A DNA stretch of 63,993 nt, the filler included, from an uncultured bacterium (lineage in GTDB: Bacteria > Latescibacterota > UBA2968), in assembly GCA_964471275.1 (NCBI GenBank). It is 3 parts of 3 records of this genome, joined end to end, with 100 filler letters (N's around TTAATTAATTAA, not from the genome) between each part and the next. Parts side by side here need not be neighbours in the genome. Positions count along the whole stretch, not along the records: positions 1 to 21,543 come from CAYYGZ010000055.1; 2 more parts are not named here. The stretch is one strand, 5' to 3'. The notes beneath the pieces are model-generated. The model searched no databases. It was given only the letters and a program-made list of their open reading frames with translations, and was not told where the DNA came from. Within the stretch, counting starts at the first letter, position 1. The number at the start of each line of letters is the position of its first letter. Positions 1-10,682 of the stretch are shown piece by piece. The translations under genes were made by a program, and so were the position numbers.

Positions 1-1
1 C

Positions 2-1149
2 CTCCAGCGATTGATTCTGCACGAGGTCGGTCACACGCTCGCCCTGACGCATAACTTCCGAGGAAGCTATCTGCACGACCCAGTCACCGTTCACGCCAAG
101 GGTGTGACTTCGAGGCAAGGGTTGACCGGATCCGTGATGGAGTATCCCGCGATCAACTTTGCCCCGGTGGGCGGCAAACAGGGGCACTACTACGACATCG
201 AGCCTGGCCCCTACGACAAATGGGCGATCGAATACGGTTATTCACCCGCTCTCAAGGATCCGAAGAAGGAGGCCAAGCGACTCGAAGCCATCCTTGCTCG
301 CTCATCAGAGCCAGAACTCGCGTACGCGAATGATGCGGATGATATGCGTTCGTCAAGCCGAGGGGTCGATCCTCGAGCGATGATTTACGACATGTCGAAC
401 GACCCAATTTCCTACGGTATCGAGCGTATCAAGCTGCTTCGTCACCTGACCGGGAAGCTGCTTGAGAATTATTCGGTGGAGGGGGATACATATCACGAAC
501 TCAGGCAGGCCTACCTGATTCTGAGCGGCAGACAGTGGACAACGGGCACGATCTTTTCACGGCATATCGGCGGCGTGTATGTTGACAGATCTGTAGTGGG
601 GCAGCCTGGCGCCACCAAACCGTTCATCCCGGTTTCGTATGAAGATCAAAAGCGGGCGATGGGAGGGATCACATCCTGGCACCCACGGCTTTTGAGGCCT
701 CACCGGATCTCTACAGCCACCTGCAAGCTCAGCGTCGCGGGTTTTCAGGCCCAGGAGAACCCCTGATTCATGCTCGAATACTGAATGCTCACAAGAGTGT
801 CCTGGGGCACCTGTTACACAAGCGTGTCCTTGCGCGGGTCACGGACAGCGGCTTGTATGGGAACGAATATGATGTGCACGAGATGATGGGCGATCTGAGC
901 GAAGCTGTGTTCAGTGCGGATCTGAACGGATCTGCCAATTCGATCCGCCAGAATCTTCAGCAGGAGTATGTGGATCGACTGATCGGTGTGTTCAGCACAT
1001 CGGGATTCGATCACGTGGCCAAGTCGGCCGCGCTCAGCAGTCTGAAGTCGATACAGACTATGATTTCCGGTGCAGGGGAACCCGACGCTTCCACGGAAGC
1101 TCATCGTGGTTTGCTGTTGCACAAGATCGAACATGCATTAGATCCGTAG
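2..1149 (+). pseudogene. Zinc-dependent metalloprotease (EcxA/DUF4953-like), 5' truncated by the window edge, frameshift near 663
   Basis: HEVGHTLALTHNF zinc motif and SVMEY Met-turn. Homology-like sequence continues in another frame from about 667 (DHILAPTAF...RVTDSGLYGNEY) and runs into ORF 853-1149. Confidence 0.8.
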
Positions 1150-1206
1150 AGGCAGGGCGTCAGGTCTTTCCCTATGACTCCTGATCGGGATGCCGGTCTT
1201 CTGAAA

Positions 1207-1245
1207 GAGAACGGGGCCTCAGTTATATGCCGAGGCCCCGTTCTC
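1207..1245 (+). terminator. Hairpin, probable intrinsic terminator
   Basis: GAGAACGGGGCCTC ... GAGGCCCCGTTCTC 14-bp stem just after the protease stop. Confidence 0.6.
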
Positions 1246-1347
1246 ATTGGGACGGAAGGAGGGTATTCTTCAGATCCACCATTTCCTCAAGCGACATCCT
1301 ATCGGTCGCGCCCGAATGATGACGTTCGATTCAGGACAGAACAGACC

Positions 1348-2226
1348 ATGACGAGATTCCTATACATTGCAGATACCCACTTTGGCGCAGACCCTATGGG
1401 GTTTCAGCAGCAGGAAGGATATCCGGAGAGGCTGTCAGAGATCCTCTCTGCGCTCTGCGAGTACCCATCTGTGGGGGATGGCATCGACTTCATTCTCCAC
1501 GGTGGTGACATGATCGATTCCACGACTGAAGACAATATCGTTGCCGCAGCGAAGCATTTCGATCTGGCGGTTCCTGTCTACCTTTGTCTCGGGAACCATG
1601 ATCTGACCACGCCAGACGCGCTTGATCTCTGGTTGGGACTTGCGCCCCAGTTCTTCATTGGCGGCGCTCCAGATTACACGATCGCATCTGAAGACTGCGT
1701 GATTCATGTTGTGCCGAATCACTGGTGTGATGTTCCTTTCTACTGGGACAGAACCCAAAGGCCTCACCTTTCTCCGGATCAAGCGAGTCAGCTCTCTCGT
1801 GAGCTGACCACGAAGTCCCATTTGCCGCACGTCATCCTGACCCACAGTCCCGTTTACGGACTGCCCGTGGCACAGACCGGCTTCCCCGATTCGTATCATT
1901 GCCCGGATGCCTCGTTCACTGAAGAAATCACGGCCCTTGCGGCAAGGCACACAAACATCAGATGTATCCTTGGCGCTCACAACCATCTGAACACGTGTGT
2001 CGATCGTGGCGGCGTTGAGTTTGTAACGGTCAGTTCGATGGTTGAGACCCCCTTCGAGTTCAAGCTTTTCGAGATGCGGCCACAGCGTATAGAGATGTCG
2101 ACCGCTAGCCTCAGCGCCACACTGGCGTTTGACGGTACATATGATGCTGCCAAATCGTTTGTTCAGGGCCGTAAGGTCGACAGGTCATTTATCCGTGAAT
2201 TCGCGTCCTCTCGAGTCTCGACATAG
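1348..2226 (+). CDS. Calcineurin-like metallophosphoesterase
   Basis: DTH, GD-x-D, GNHD, TH and AHNH motifs; start chosen at MTRFLYIADTH. Confidence 0.85.
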   Translation: MTRFLYIADTHFGADPMGFQQQEGYPERLSEILSALCEYPSVGDGIDFILHGGDMIDSTTEDNIVAAAKHFDLAVPVYLCLGNHDLTTPDALDLWLGLAPQFFIGGAPDYTIASEDCVIHVVPNHWCDVPFYWDRTQRPHLSPDQASQLSRELTTKSHLPHVILTHSPVYGLPVAQTGFPDSYHCPDASFTEEITALAARHTNIRCILGAHNHLNTCVDRGGVEFVTVSSMVETPFEFKLFEMRPQRIEMSTASLSATLAFDGTYDAAKSFVQGRKVDRSFIREFASSRVST

Positions 2227-2778
2227 GAAGGGATAATCTACCGAGGAGCCACACGCCGGATATCAGGTGCAGAGTTGTAATCAAGCAGTTGCGGACCTAC
2301 CATCGGTTTCTACTGGCGGGTGATGTGGCCAATCAGAGGCTTGCGATCTTTATCCGTCCCTTCGTGCCAATTGCCTGAGGCAGGACGGAGTTCATCTTCG
2401 CCATTCTGATCGTCTTTGACGACCGGGAATGTGCTAACCGGCAGGCATAGGCTCACGTATATGGAAGGAGACGTAACACCTCACGTTTCAGCGGATGCGG
2501 GTATGCGGTGTCGTTGAGTACTGACGGAGAAAGATCGATGGGCGAAGAATTTCCCACATCTGACGGATTCGGATACGCCGGGGCATTGGCATTGAGGCGG
2601 GCGTCACGCGCAGAGATCCCAGCCCTGCGATTCGGACGGATGGATTCGTGGACGATGAGGGATTCGACAGAACCTGGGGCATCTCCAAGGAGCACCACTC
2701 CACAAAGCCGTTTCTCGTTCGGTTTGATTGCGATCTGAGAACCGGGGACGCTGCTGAACCAGACAGGGATTCCGTTTG

Positions 2779-3912
2779 ATGACGCGTCGTGAACGACTGA
2801 TGGCTACGCTGGAGGGGAAGCCCGTGGACCGTCCGGCGGTCTCCTTCTACGAGATCGGCGGCTGGGCAATGGAGCCAAGCGAAGACGACTTTATCGTCTG
2901 GAATGATCCCTCGTGGCGACCGCTGGTTCAGATGGCTTTGGAAGAGACCGATCTCATTCGCATGGTGTCCGCGCGCTGGACCGGAGGGCACGACAATGGC
3001 CTAGGTGAACTGACCACCCACGAGAGCCGGCGCGAAGTGAATGCACGCTTTACGCGTATGGAAATCAGAGCACCTGGTCGCACGCTGACTTCCGTGACCC
3101 GGCGTGACAGGGATACTCAGACGACCTGGACGGTCGAACATCTTCTCAAGTGCGTCGCGGATGTAGAGGCTTACCTCCAACTTCCCGAACCCGTCATCGG
3201 CGAGGTAGACGTGTCCGGCTTGGTGGCGGAAGAAGAGGCAATGGGAGATGCCGGTATCGTGAGTGTCGAGTTTGGCGATCCGATCTGCTCTGCCGCAAGC
3301 CTGTTCTCGATGGAAGACTACACCGTTATCGCCATGACCGAACCTCAGCTGTTCCATCGGCTACTCGAGAGGTTCGCACGAACGCTCCTGCCCAAGTGCG
3401 ACCAGGTAGCTCAAGCCTTTCCCGGCCGGCTGTGGCGGACCTGCGGGTCGGAATACGCGAGCGAGCCGTATCTTCCGCCACGGCTGTATGAGGAATACGT
3501 CGTTCGGTATACCGGTCAGATTGTGAAGACGATCCGGAAGTATGGTGGGTATTCGCGAATCCATTCCCACGGTCGGCTGCGCGGCATTCTACCCCTGATC
3601 GCCAAGATGCAACCCGACGGGCTAGATCCGCTGGAGCCCCCTCCGCAAGGGGATATGCACTTGTGGGAAGTCAGGGAGGCCTTGGGGAAGGACACCGTTC
3701 TGATGGGGAATATCGAGGCTGCGGATCTCGAGAACCTGCCGACGAAGATGTTCGAGCAACGGGTTGCTACCGCCCTGCGCGAAGGTACGGCAGGAGAGGG
3801 GCGTGGCTTTATCCTGCAGCCGTCCGCTTGCCCGTATGGCCGAACGATCACAGCACGGACGATGGCCAATTATGGGACAATGGTTCGTCTGGTGAGAGAA
3901 TCATCAGCTTGA
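2779..3912 (+). CDS. Uroporphyrinogen decarboxylase (URO-D/CIMS-like) family protein
   Basis: MTRRERL..G.PVDRP start, HSHG, DPLEPPPQGD, LMGNI, GFILQPSACP. Confidence 0.8.
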   Translation: MTRRERLMATLEGKPVDRPAVSFYEIGGWAMEPSEDDFIVWNDPSWRPLVQMALEETDLIRMVSARWTGGHDNGLGELTTHESRREVNARFTRMEIRAPGRTLTSVTRRDRDTQTTWTVEHLLKCVADVEAYLQLPEPVIGEVDVSGLVAEEEAMGDAGIVSVEFGDPICSAASLFSMEDYTVIAMTEPQLFHRLLERFARTLLPKCDQVAQAFPGRLWRTCGSEYASEPYLPPRLYEEYVVRYTGQIVKTIRKYGGYSRIHSHGRLRGILPLIAKMQPDGLDPLEPPPQGDMHLWEVREALGKDTVLMGNIEAADLENLPTKMFEQRVATALREGTAGEGRGFILQPSACPYGRTITARTMANYGTMVRLVRESSA

Positions 3913-3984
3913 CGCAATGATGCCCACTTGAACGCGCGAGTTGAGGGGGGCAAGGCCCGACCCATCATATAGTGAGTCTTGATA

Positions 3985-4600
3985 ATGCAGACCGACACAG
4001 CATTGAGACGGTTGAGCCCCAAGGTTGCGGGGTAGCGCATCCGTCTTCTGTATGAAACGGACGCCAGGGGCATTGTGGATGAAGAACTCATCGATGACGT
4101 TGGATATGCACTCTACACGCGCTGCAATGACATTGTAGCGGCTACGACTGCGCGACGGCAAGTTGAAATTTCAAAGCTGCAAGGGCCTTATCTAGAGAAC
4201 CGGCGGTGTAGACGAGATGCTGGTGTGCGGGGGCTGTGGCTGGCGTGTGAGATGGGGAGACTACCAGCGAACTCACAACCGCAAGGAATTGCTTGCAGGT
4301 GTGAAGGGTGCACCTACGGCAAGAATTTTCGAAGCTTTCGTGAAGCGGTGGCTGGGCTGTCGTGCCCCTCGAGACAAGATGATCCTCATCGACACCCTGA
4401 TCCACGAGTTTCACGCTGATGCACTCAACAATCTTTCCCGGCCATCTGCCTACAATGTCATCAAGGGCAACGCGACAGCAGTCGTCGTCTTGCAGGATGG
4501 TCTCGTATATGGGGAAGAGAGTACCAGCGGACTGTGCGCGTCACGTGAGCAATGGTTCGCGAGATTGCAGACCACAAGGTTCTTCAGTGCCGACGGGTAG
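3985..4600 (+). pseudogene. Conserved hypothetical protein, disrupted
   Basis: ATG at 3985, in-frame TAG at 4033, then RIRLLYETDARGIVDEELIDDVGYALY. A frameshift near 4170-4216 leads into CGGCGW...KMILIDTLIHEFH. Confidence 0.55.
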
Positions 4601-4692
4601 CGCGTCTGACCGTTGAGGGCATCTACCGTTGCCAAGCCAGGGGCGCTGAAGACGGACACGTCCCCACGACAAGACAGGTGGAATCTCGACAT

Positions 4693-5085
4693 ATGCTGCC
4701 CGCTTATAGAGTATTGTCCCTTGTAGCCATTCTCTTTGGCCTGGTCACGGTCGTCGCCGGCAGTCGTGTTCTGACTGGCGGCGATCCGGGATATATCGTG
4801 TTCTTGCCGCTCCTGATCTTCAATACGGCGATGGGAGTAGTCTATGTGGGCGCGGGTATCCTGGTGTGGCGCAATCCCGCACGGGGTCGGTACCCAGCGG
4901 GTGCGATCTTTCTTGTCAATTTCCTCGTGCTGGCAACAGTCAGCTATCTGTTTTTTGCCGGGAATCCTGTTGCCGTTGAAAGCGTGGGTGCTATGGCCCT
5001 GCGAACCATCGTATGGCTCTTGCTATTCCTCGGGTTGGTCCGGGTATGCCGCAGGAAGGCACTGGCTGAGGGGCAACATACCTGA
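4693..5085 (+). CDS. Small membrane protein with about 4 TM helices
   Basis: Four hydrophobic segments in 130 aa. Confidence 0.65.
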   Translation: MLPAYRVLSLVAILFGLVTVVAGSRVLTGGDPGYIVFLPLLIFNTAMGVVYVGAGILVWRNPARGRYPAGAIFLVNFLVLATVSYLFFAGNPVAVESVGAMALRTIVWLLLFLGLVRVCRRKALAEGQHT

Positions 5086-5211
5086 CAGGTGTACAAGCGT
5101 AGAGGGTAATCAGAGCGCCCTACGCTTATCGTCGCTCCATTCGCCCGTCGGTTGGATTATATGGTGGGCAGGAGAGGCGTTCTGGCGAGCTCCAAACTTC
5201 AAGGAAGCAGC

Positions 5212-5722
5212 ATGACTGCGAAAGAGCGGGTAAGAGGAGCAGTGGCCTAAGAAGAAGTGGATCAGGCATCGGCTGGTCTTTTCGGGACCCACGTCGAATA
5301 CGAGGAAGGTCTGGCTCAGTTCATCGGGGTAGATAGCGTGGAGAGTATGTATGCTGCGCTTGGTGTCGATATCTGGCACAGTCGTGTCGGGCTCCAGTTC
5401 AAGGGGACAGGGAACGTGTGAGGCAAGACCGAAGAGAATCCTCATCCCTTCGCGGCTATGACGACGGTCGATGAAGTCGAGGCGTATCCTTTCGCTGGCC
5501 CCGATAATTTCGACACCATCCGCTTTGTAGCGCATCTGGAGGCACACCAGCAATTCGCCGTTTGCGGCGGAATCAACTCTGCCATCTTCCACAACTACCT
5601 GGGCATGTGCGGCCAGGAAGACGCGCTCTACTTTCTGAAGACCGACCCCGAACTGGCAAAGGCGATGATCAGACGGATCACGGATTACTGGGAGGGGTAT
5701 CTGCGGAAACTGCTGGCGCCCG
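5212..5722 (+). pseudogene. URO-D-like gene, N-terminal remnant truncated by an IS3 fragment
   Basis: MTAKERVRGAVA* start with internal stops, then ...MCGQEDALYFLKTDPELAKAMIRRITDY, fused in frame to transposase sequence. Confidence 0.7.
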
Positions 5723-6059
5723 GAGGCGGGATGATCCATACGAATCGCGGCACCCAATTCTGTAGCAATGGCTACCGAAAGGCAATTAAAGAGAACCAGT
5801 TCACCCACTGCATGAGTCGGCAGGGAAACTGCTGGGACAATGCGGTTGCAGAGCCCTTCTTCAGGATGTTAAAGAGAGAGTGGGCCTACCACATCCGTTT
5901 GAGAGATCCTGAACACGCCAAGCACGAACTCTTCAGATATGTCGAGGTGTTCTACAACAATCAGAGACTGCACCAAACCTTGAACTACCGTTCACCTGCT
6001 GCCTTTGAAAGGCTGAGAAATTAACCCAATCCACTGTCCACTATTCGTAGGCAGTATCA
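5723..6059 (+). mobile_element. IS3-family remnant: transposase C-terminus plus right inverted repeat
   Basis: IHTNRGTQF...MSRQGNCWDNAVAE.FF..LKRE...FYNNQRLHQTLNYRSP (stop at 6024), then TGTCCACTATTCGTAGGCAGTATCA ending at 6059. Confidence 0.88.
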
Positions 6060-6154
6060 TTCCGGGGCTGAAACAGATCCAGATTCGAGACCGTGTCATC
6101 AACAGCGTGTAGCGAAGGCAGTGATCCTAAATCAGCCCTACATACTGGCTCGAT

Positions 6155-6181
6155 GTGTCAACACCATTGGGACACTGGACA
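6155..6181 (+). repeat. Isolated IS481-type terminal repeat
   Basis: GTGTCAACACCATTGGGACACTGGACA is 25/27 identical to 16017-16043, which ends an IS481 transposase remnant. Confidence 0.75.
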
Positions 6182-6449
6182 TGCTAGGTAGCTTCACGAT
6201 CCGGTCGCCCGTACACGTGTTCTGCGTTCATACAAGTGCGGGTTCGATGCCACCAGCCTGAGGGGGGTTTTATCTGATTGCGATGTGATGAGGTGGGCGG
6301 ATACGGTGACGTGAGCTTGACACTTCAGTTCACGCGAGCCAGATTCAAGCCGTGGGACGGCGGCCTTCGACGAGCCTTGAACCAGCGCATCCTCTTATGC
6401 GACAGTAGGGCGTGGCATTTAGCCACCCAAACGAGGAAGAAATTACAAG

Positions 6450-7404
6450 ATGAGCATGACGCCAAGAGAGGTGGTCAGGCGGACCGTGCGCTTCCAGGGA
6501 GCGGATCGGATCCCGTTCGCGCTTACCGAAGACCGCGGCACCGATTTTGCCAGTGTGCGTATGAGTCCCTCACCCGACGCACGGCCCCGTAAGGGCATCG
6601 ACGAGTGGGGGGCCGTCTGGGAGAACATCGGCGTGTCGAACCTGGGCGAGGTGAAGACGGTTCCTCTCGAGGACTGGTCCGACTGGGAAACACTCACGAT
6701 CCCTGACATCCGAGAGTCTCGCAGATGGAGGGATCTCGAGACAGCCAGAGAACTGGCAGGGGACAGGTTCCTCCTAGCTAGTGGGATATCTATCTACGAG
6801 CGCGTCCATTTTGTGCGTGGACTTGAGAACACCTGGGCCGACATTCATACCAACCCCGAAGAGCTCGGTCGCCTGATCGATCTGCTCGTCGACATGAACC
6901 TCTTTGCCATCGAACGCTTTGCCGAGGCAGACGCGGACGGCTACATGTTCTGCGATGATTGGGGTCTGCAAGGCGGGCTGATGATCGCACCCGATACCTG
7001 GCGTGAGATATGGAAGCCTCGCTACGCCCGCATCTACGAGGCCGCGCACGACGCCGGCCTGCTCACCTTCCTTCACAGCTGCGGCGACATTGTCGACATC
7101 CTCGAGGACTTCATCGAAATTGGTCTCGATGTCATCCAGATGGATCAGCAGGAGAACATGGGTCTGGTGTCCGGCGGACATACAGAAGACTATGGCGGAC
7201 GGCAGCCCCGAGGACATCCGCGCCTACTGTCGAAAGATGGTCTCAACTCTGGGCACACCTGATGGCGGGTTCATCGCCAAGTGGTATGGTGATCCCGCTG
7301 GGGCGGGTCACACCCCTGAGGCGATCGAGGCGATGTGTGACGCGTTTGTGGCACTTAGCGTTGAACACACGGCTCAACGGTCTCAGTCGCCGGCTTTACC
7401 ATGA
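6450..7404 (+). pseudogene. URO-D-like protein with an internal deletion/frameshift near 7165
   Basis: DEWG, RGLEN, DDWG, LHSCG motifs. After QQENMGL the family-like sequence resumes in another frame as WCPADIQKTM...GGFIAKWY. Confidence 0.8.
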
Positions 7405-8438
7405 AGCGTGACAGGCGAATTATCTCAATTTCACGGCGAACGGATATCCCGGCATTCTACACGGAATGGTTGATGACCCGGATTCGAGACGGCGCTGCCG
7501 GCTACGTCAATCCATTTGGTCGGAGCAAGCACTCGGTCTCCCTGAGACCCGAGGATGTGCTGTTCATTGTGTTCTGGTCCAAGAACTACAAATCGCTGAT
7601 CCCTCACCTGGATGAACTGGATGAGCGTGGATACAAATTCTACTTCCACTTCACGATCACGGGACTCCCGCGAGAACTCGAACAGGGAACGCCATCGTGG
7701 CAGTCCACGGTTGGGCAGGTCCACCGTCTGGCTGAACGCTACTCACCCAAACACGTGTTGTGGCGGTTCGATCCTATCGTTCTCTCTTCCGTCACCTCCG
7801 CTGCCCAAGTCCGTGAGACTTTCACCGAGATCTCGTCACAGATCAAAGGGGCGACCGAACGATGCACATTCAGCTATGTGGATTTCTATGGAAAAGTGCT
7901 CCGCAACTTCGAACGTATTCACACCGAGACAGGCGTCCGCTTCCGCGTTGACCCCGGACACCGTGATGCGGTTCTGAGCACAAAGGCTCGGATACCCGAG
8001 GCTTATGTGTTCGATCTGGTGAAGCAGGAGCGTTTGGCCTTCGCACGTGACTTGGCCGAGATCGCAGACGGATGCGATATCTCTCTCCACACGTGTTGTG
8101 GCGATGACCTGATCCGGGACGAGGCACCCGGCATTCACAAAGCCCGGTGCGTGGACGGCGATCTGATTTCCGAGCTCCTGGATCGAGACATCTCGGGTAA
8201 ACTGAACTCCACGCGTGACGAATGTAGTTGTTGGGCGAGCCGAGATATCGGGGCCTATGACACGTGCCCGCACGGCTGTATATACTGTTATGCCAACACC
8301 AACAAGGAAAAGGCGTTATCACGTTATCTGCAGATCGGCGGCGATCCGACTTCCTTCGCGCTGGGTTGTCCGGGCGATCGGAGTGAGTTCCCTCCGCTTC
8401 CTGAAGAGCAGGATCTGCTGCCTTTAGCGAACCTGTAA
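7401..8438 (+). CDS. DUF1848 family protein (C-terminal CxxxCxxC)
   Basis: IISISRRTDIPAFY, WRFDPI, C.C..SRDIGAYDTCPHGCIYCYAN. Confidence 0.88.
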   Translation: MKRDRRIISISRRTDIPAFYTEWLMTRIRDGAAGYVNPFGRSKHSVSLRPEDVLFIVFWSKNYKSLIPHLDELDERGYKFYFHFTITGLPRELEQGTPSWQSTVGQVHRLAERYSPKHVLWRFDPIVLSSVTSAAQVRETFTEISSQIKGATERCTFSYVDFYGKVLRNFERIHTETGVRFRVDPGHRDAVLSTKARIPEAYVFDLVKQERLAFARDLAEIADGCDISLHTCCGDDLIRDEAPGIHKARCVDGDLISELLDRDISGKLNSTRDECSCWASRDIGAYDTCPHGCIYCYANTNKEKALSRYLQIGGDPTSFALGCPGDRSEFPPLPEEQDLLPLANL

Positions 8439-8457
8439 GGAGTGGCGGCGAGCGGAA

Positions 8458-8625
8458 GGCTATGGGCGAGTTCTCGACTGGCTGGCCGAGTATCAACAGC
8501 GCCACGCATCGAATGAATACGACCCCGGGGACGCCCGTGAGCTCATCGACACAATAGATCAATGGCTGGAGGGCCATATCTTTCGTATCGATATGCATCT
8601 GAAGAAGTGCGTGAGTGGAGCCTAG
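8458..8625 (+). pseudogene. Hemerythrin-like C-terminal fragment
   Basis: My translation: ...ARELIDTIDQWLEGHIFRIDMHLKKC*, matching the hemerythrin WLxxHIxxxD motif; no 5' half present. Confidence 0.55.
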
Positions 8626-8983
8626 CCCCAGCGATTCGGGTACTGCCTGCTGAGAACACCCCGTGCGAGAATGAGGCCTCTGCCGCTCACTAACCAATCT
8701 CTACTCACAGCGTGAGATAACGTAAACCAGACCACGGCAAGCACGCAGTTTTATGGCTTTCCAGGCAAGTGTTCCGTCTCAGAAGTTCCTTTTCGCTTGC
8801 TGGTGATCTATGATCGTTCCTCTCATCGGCTCCGCTCGGAGCAGGCCAAACACCCACCGTCGCACCAAACTCCGACGACGGGCACTCCCGTCTTCGCTAT
8901 GGCTTCGCCGGACAGGCTGAGTGAACTGTGCGTGTCTGTTGGAATCGAAAACGGTTTACAGGGAAGGGACACCAGGTCTTCAT

Positions 8984-10105
8984 ATGAATGATCCATCCCA
9001 GATTGGATCCAGAGAACGTGTCCTGAAGGCGATCGCTCATACCGAGCCGGATCGGATACCGATCGACTACTGGGCGGTGGATCCGGTCACCGAACGACTC
9101 ATTCAGCACTTTGGTCTCGCGGACCGGGAGGCCCTCCTGCGCCGACTGAACGTAGACGTGCGCTATGTGATGGGACCGTCTTTCTCGGGCCAGCAGCGCC
9201 GCATCCACGATGACGGTACGATCGAGGATCACTGGGGAGTGCTGCGAAAGCCGATGACGGTGAGCGGCGACGACAAGAACGGGCGAACGTGGACCTGGAC
9301 CTACAGTCACCTTCACCAGGCACCCTTGAGCACGTTTCAGTCGGTGCGTGAGATCGAGAACTACGATGGCTGGCCATCGGCCGATATGTGGGAATACTCG
9401 AACGTTAAAGCAGAGTGTCTGAGAGCGAAAGAGTCAGGTTGTGCTGTCGTTAACGGCGGGGACCGCCTTGATCGAACGGCTCAGCTGAAGCCGGCGACCT
9501 ATATGCGCGGGATGGTGGCGTTTCTCGAAGATCTGATGATACGTCCTGATATGGCTCAATGCATCATCGAGCGGATCACTGCCTACTACTCCGAGTACAA
9601 CGAGCGCGTCTTCAAGGCAGCAGACGGTCACATCGACATATTCTTCATGGGAGATGATGTGGGCACTCAACACGGTCCCTGGGTCAGTGTGGATGTCTAT
9701 CGAAAGTTCTTCAAGGAGAACTTCCGACGGCACAACGATCTGGCCCACCGTTACGGGATGAAGACGATGTATCACACCTGTGGCAACGTCACGCCTCTGA
9801 TCCCCGAATTCATCGACTGCGGTCTCGACATCCTGCAATCGCTCCAGCCTGCGGCGATGGACCTGTCCAAGTTGAAACGTGAATATGGCAAGGACCTGGC
9901 CTTTCAGGGCGGGATCGACATCCAGAATACCTTGCCCAAGGGGAGTCCCCTGGATGTCGAGGAGGAAGTCCGGACACGTGCGAGGACGCTGGGGAACGAG
10001 GGGGGGTATATCTTCGGCACTGCCCACAACATTCTGCCTGATGTGCCCATCGAGAATATCGCGGTCCTCTTCGACGCCTACGTCGAGCATGGGAAGTATC
10101 TGTAG
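8984..10105 (+). CDS. URO-D/CIMS-like family protein
   Basis: SRERVLKAIAHTEPDRIP, DHWG, MRGM, GDDVGTQ, YHTCG, GGIDIQ, GGYIFGTAHNI. Confidence 0.88.
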   Translation: MNDPSQIGSRERVLKAIAHTEPDRIPIDYWAVDPVTERLIQHFGLADREALLRRLNVDVRYVMGPSFSGQQRRIHDDGTIEDHWGVLRKPMTVSGDDKNGRTWTWTYSHLHQAPLSTFQSVREIENYDGWPSADMWEYSNVKAECLRAKESGCAVVNGGDRLDRTAQLKPATYMRGMVAFLEDLMIRPDMAQCIIERITAYYSEYNERVFKAADGHIDIFFMGDDVGTQHGPWVSVDVYRKFFKENFRRHNDLAHRYGMKTMYHTCGNVTPLIPEFIDCGLDILQSLQPAAMDLSKLKREYGKDLAFQGGIDIQNTLPKGSPLDVEEEVRTRARTLGNEGGYIFGTAHNILPDVPIENIAVLFDAYVEHGKYL

Positions 10106-10261
10106 TTCCCGATTTCACATCCCAAAGCCGCACCGAGCTACTCGACCAATGGTGTATTCACTGCTGATGGGGTATCGTACTCCAGGCACGGCGAGGATCG
10201 ATGCCGGCCTGGATTTCCATCCCGACGGATGGCCTCGGGTGCTTTCCGCGAGGAGAGAATC

Positions 10262-10540
10262 GTGTTCGACAACATTCCGAAGCAGATCCAGGATCGGATG
10301 GCCTACCTGGCGGGGATCGACGAGAGGGATCGAACCGATGGTAGACCTCGGCTCGAGAAGCTTCGTCAGATTCCGGAGGAGACGGGCAGGTTTATCGCGA
10401 TTCTGGCGGCGTCATCCCCGCCCGGAAGGTGGATCGAAATCGGAACAAGCGCCGGTTACTCGACACTCTGGCTCGCCCTGGCGTGCAGGCCGGTCGGGCA
10501 GAAGCTGCAGGGGCCTAACTTGACAGTGGTCTGCGGCTAA
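10262..10540 (+). pseudogene. Class I SAM O-methyltransferase, N-terminal fragment
   Basis: ETGRFIAIL...IEIGTSAGYSTLWLA, truncated shortly afterwards. Confidence 0.75.
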
Positions 10541-10682
10541 CCCAGATTGCGAAAAGCAGGGATCGATTTTCGTACCCTCCGAAAGTAGATCGAGCTGAAA
10601 CAATCCCGGAATCGATCTCAGCCCGTTTCCATTCGAAACAGGGCAAGCGAGAGCCCACAAACCCGATCCGTGAGGCCGTGGA

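Noticed and set aside
2227..2778. Possible gene or ncRNA in the 550-bp gap
   Set aside because: Only short stop-interrupted frames with no recognisable motif or stable structure; probably a decayed gene
5458..6024. 188-aa ORF as a novel fusion enzyme
   Set aside because: Made of a URO-D fragment and an IS3 integrase fragment lacking the first catalytic Asp region; a deletion scar
10510..10530. CCTAACTTGACAGTGG as an IS6-like end at the methyltransferase truncation
   Set aside because: Short, degenerate, and no partner end or transposase visible
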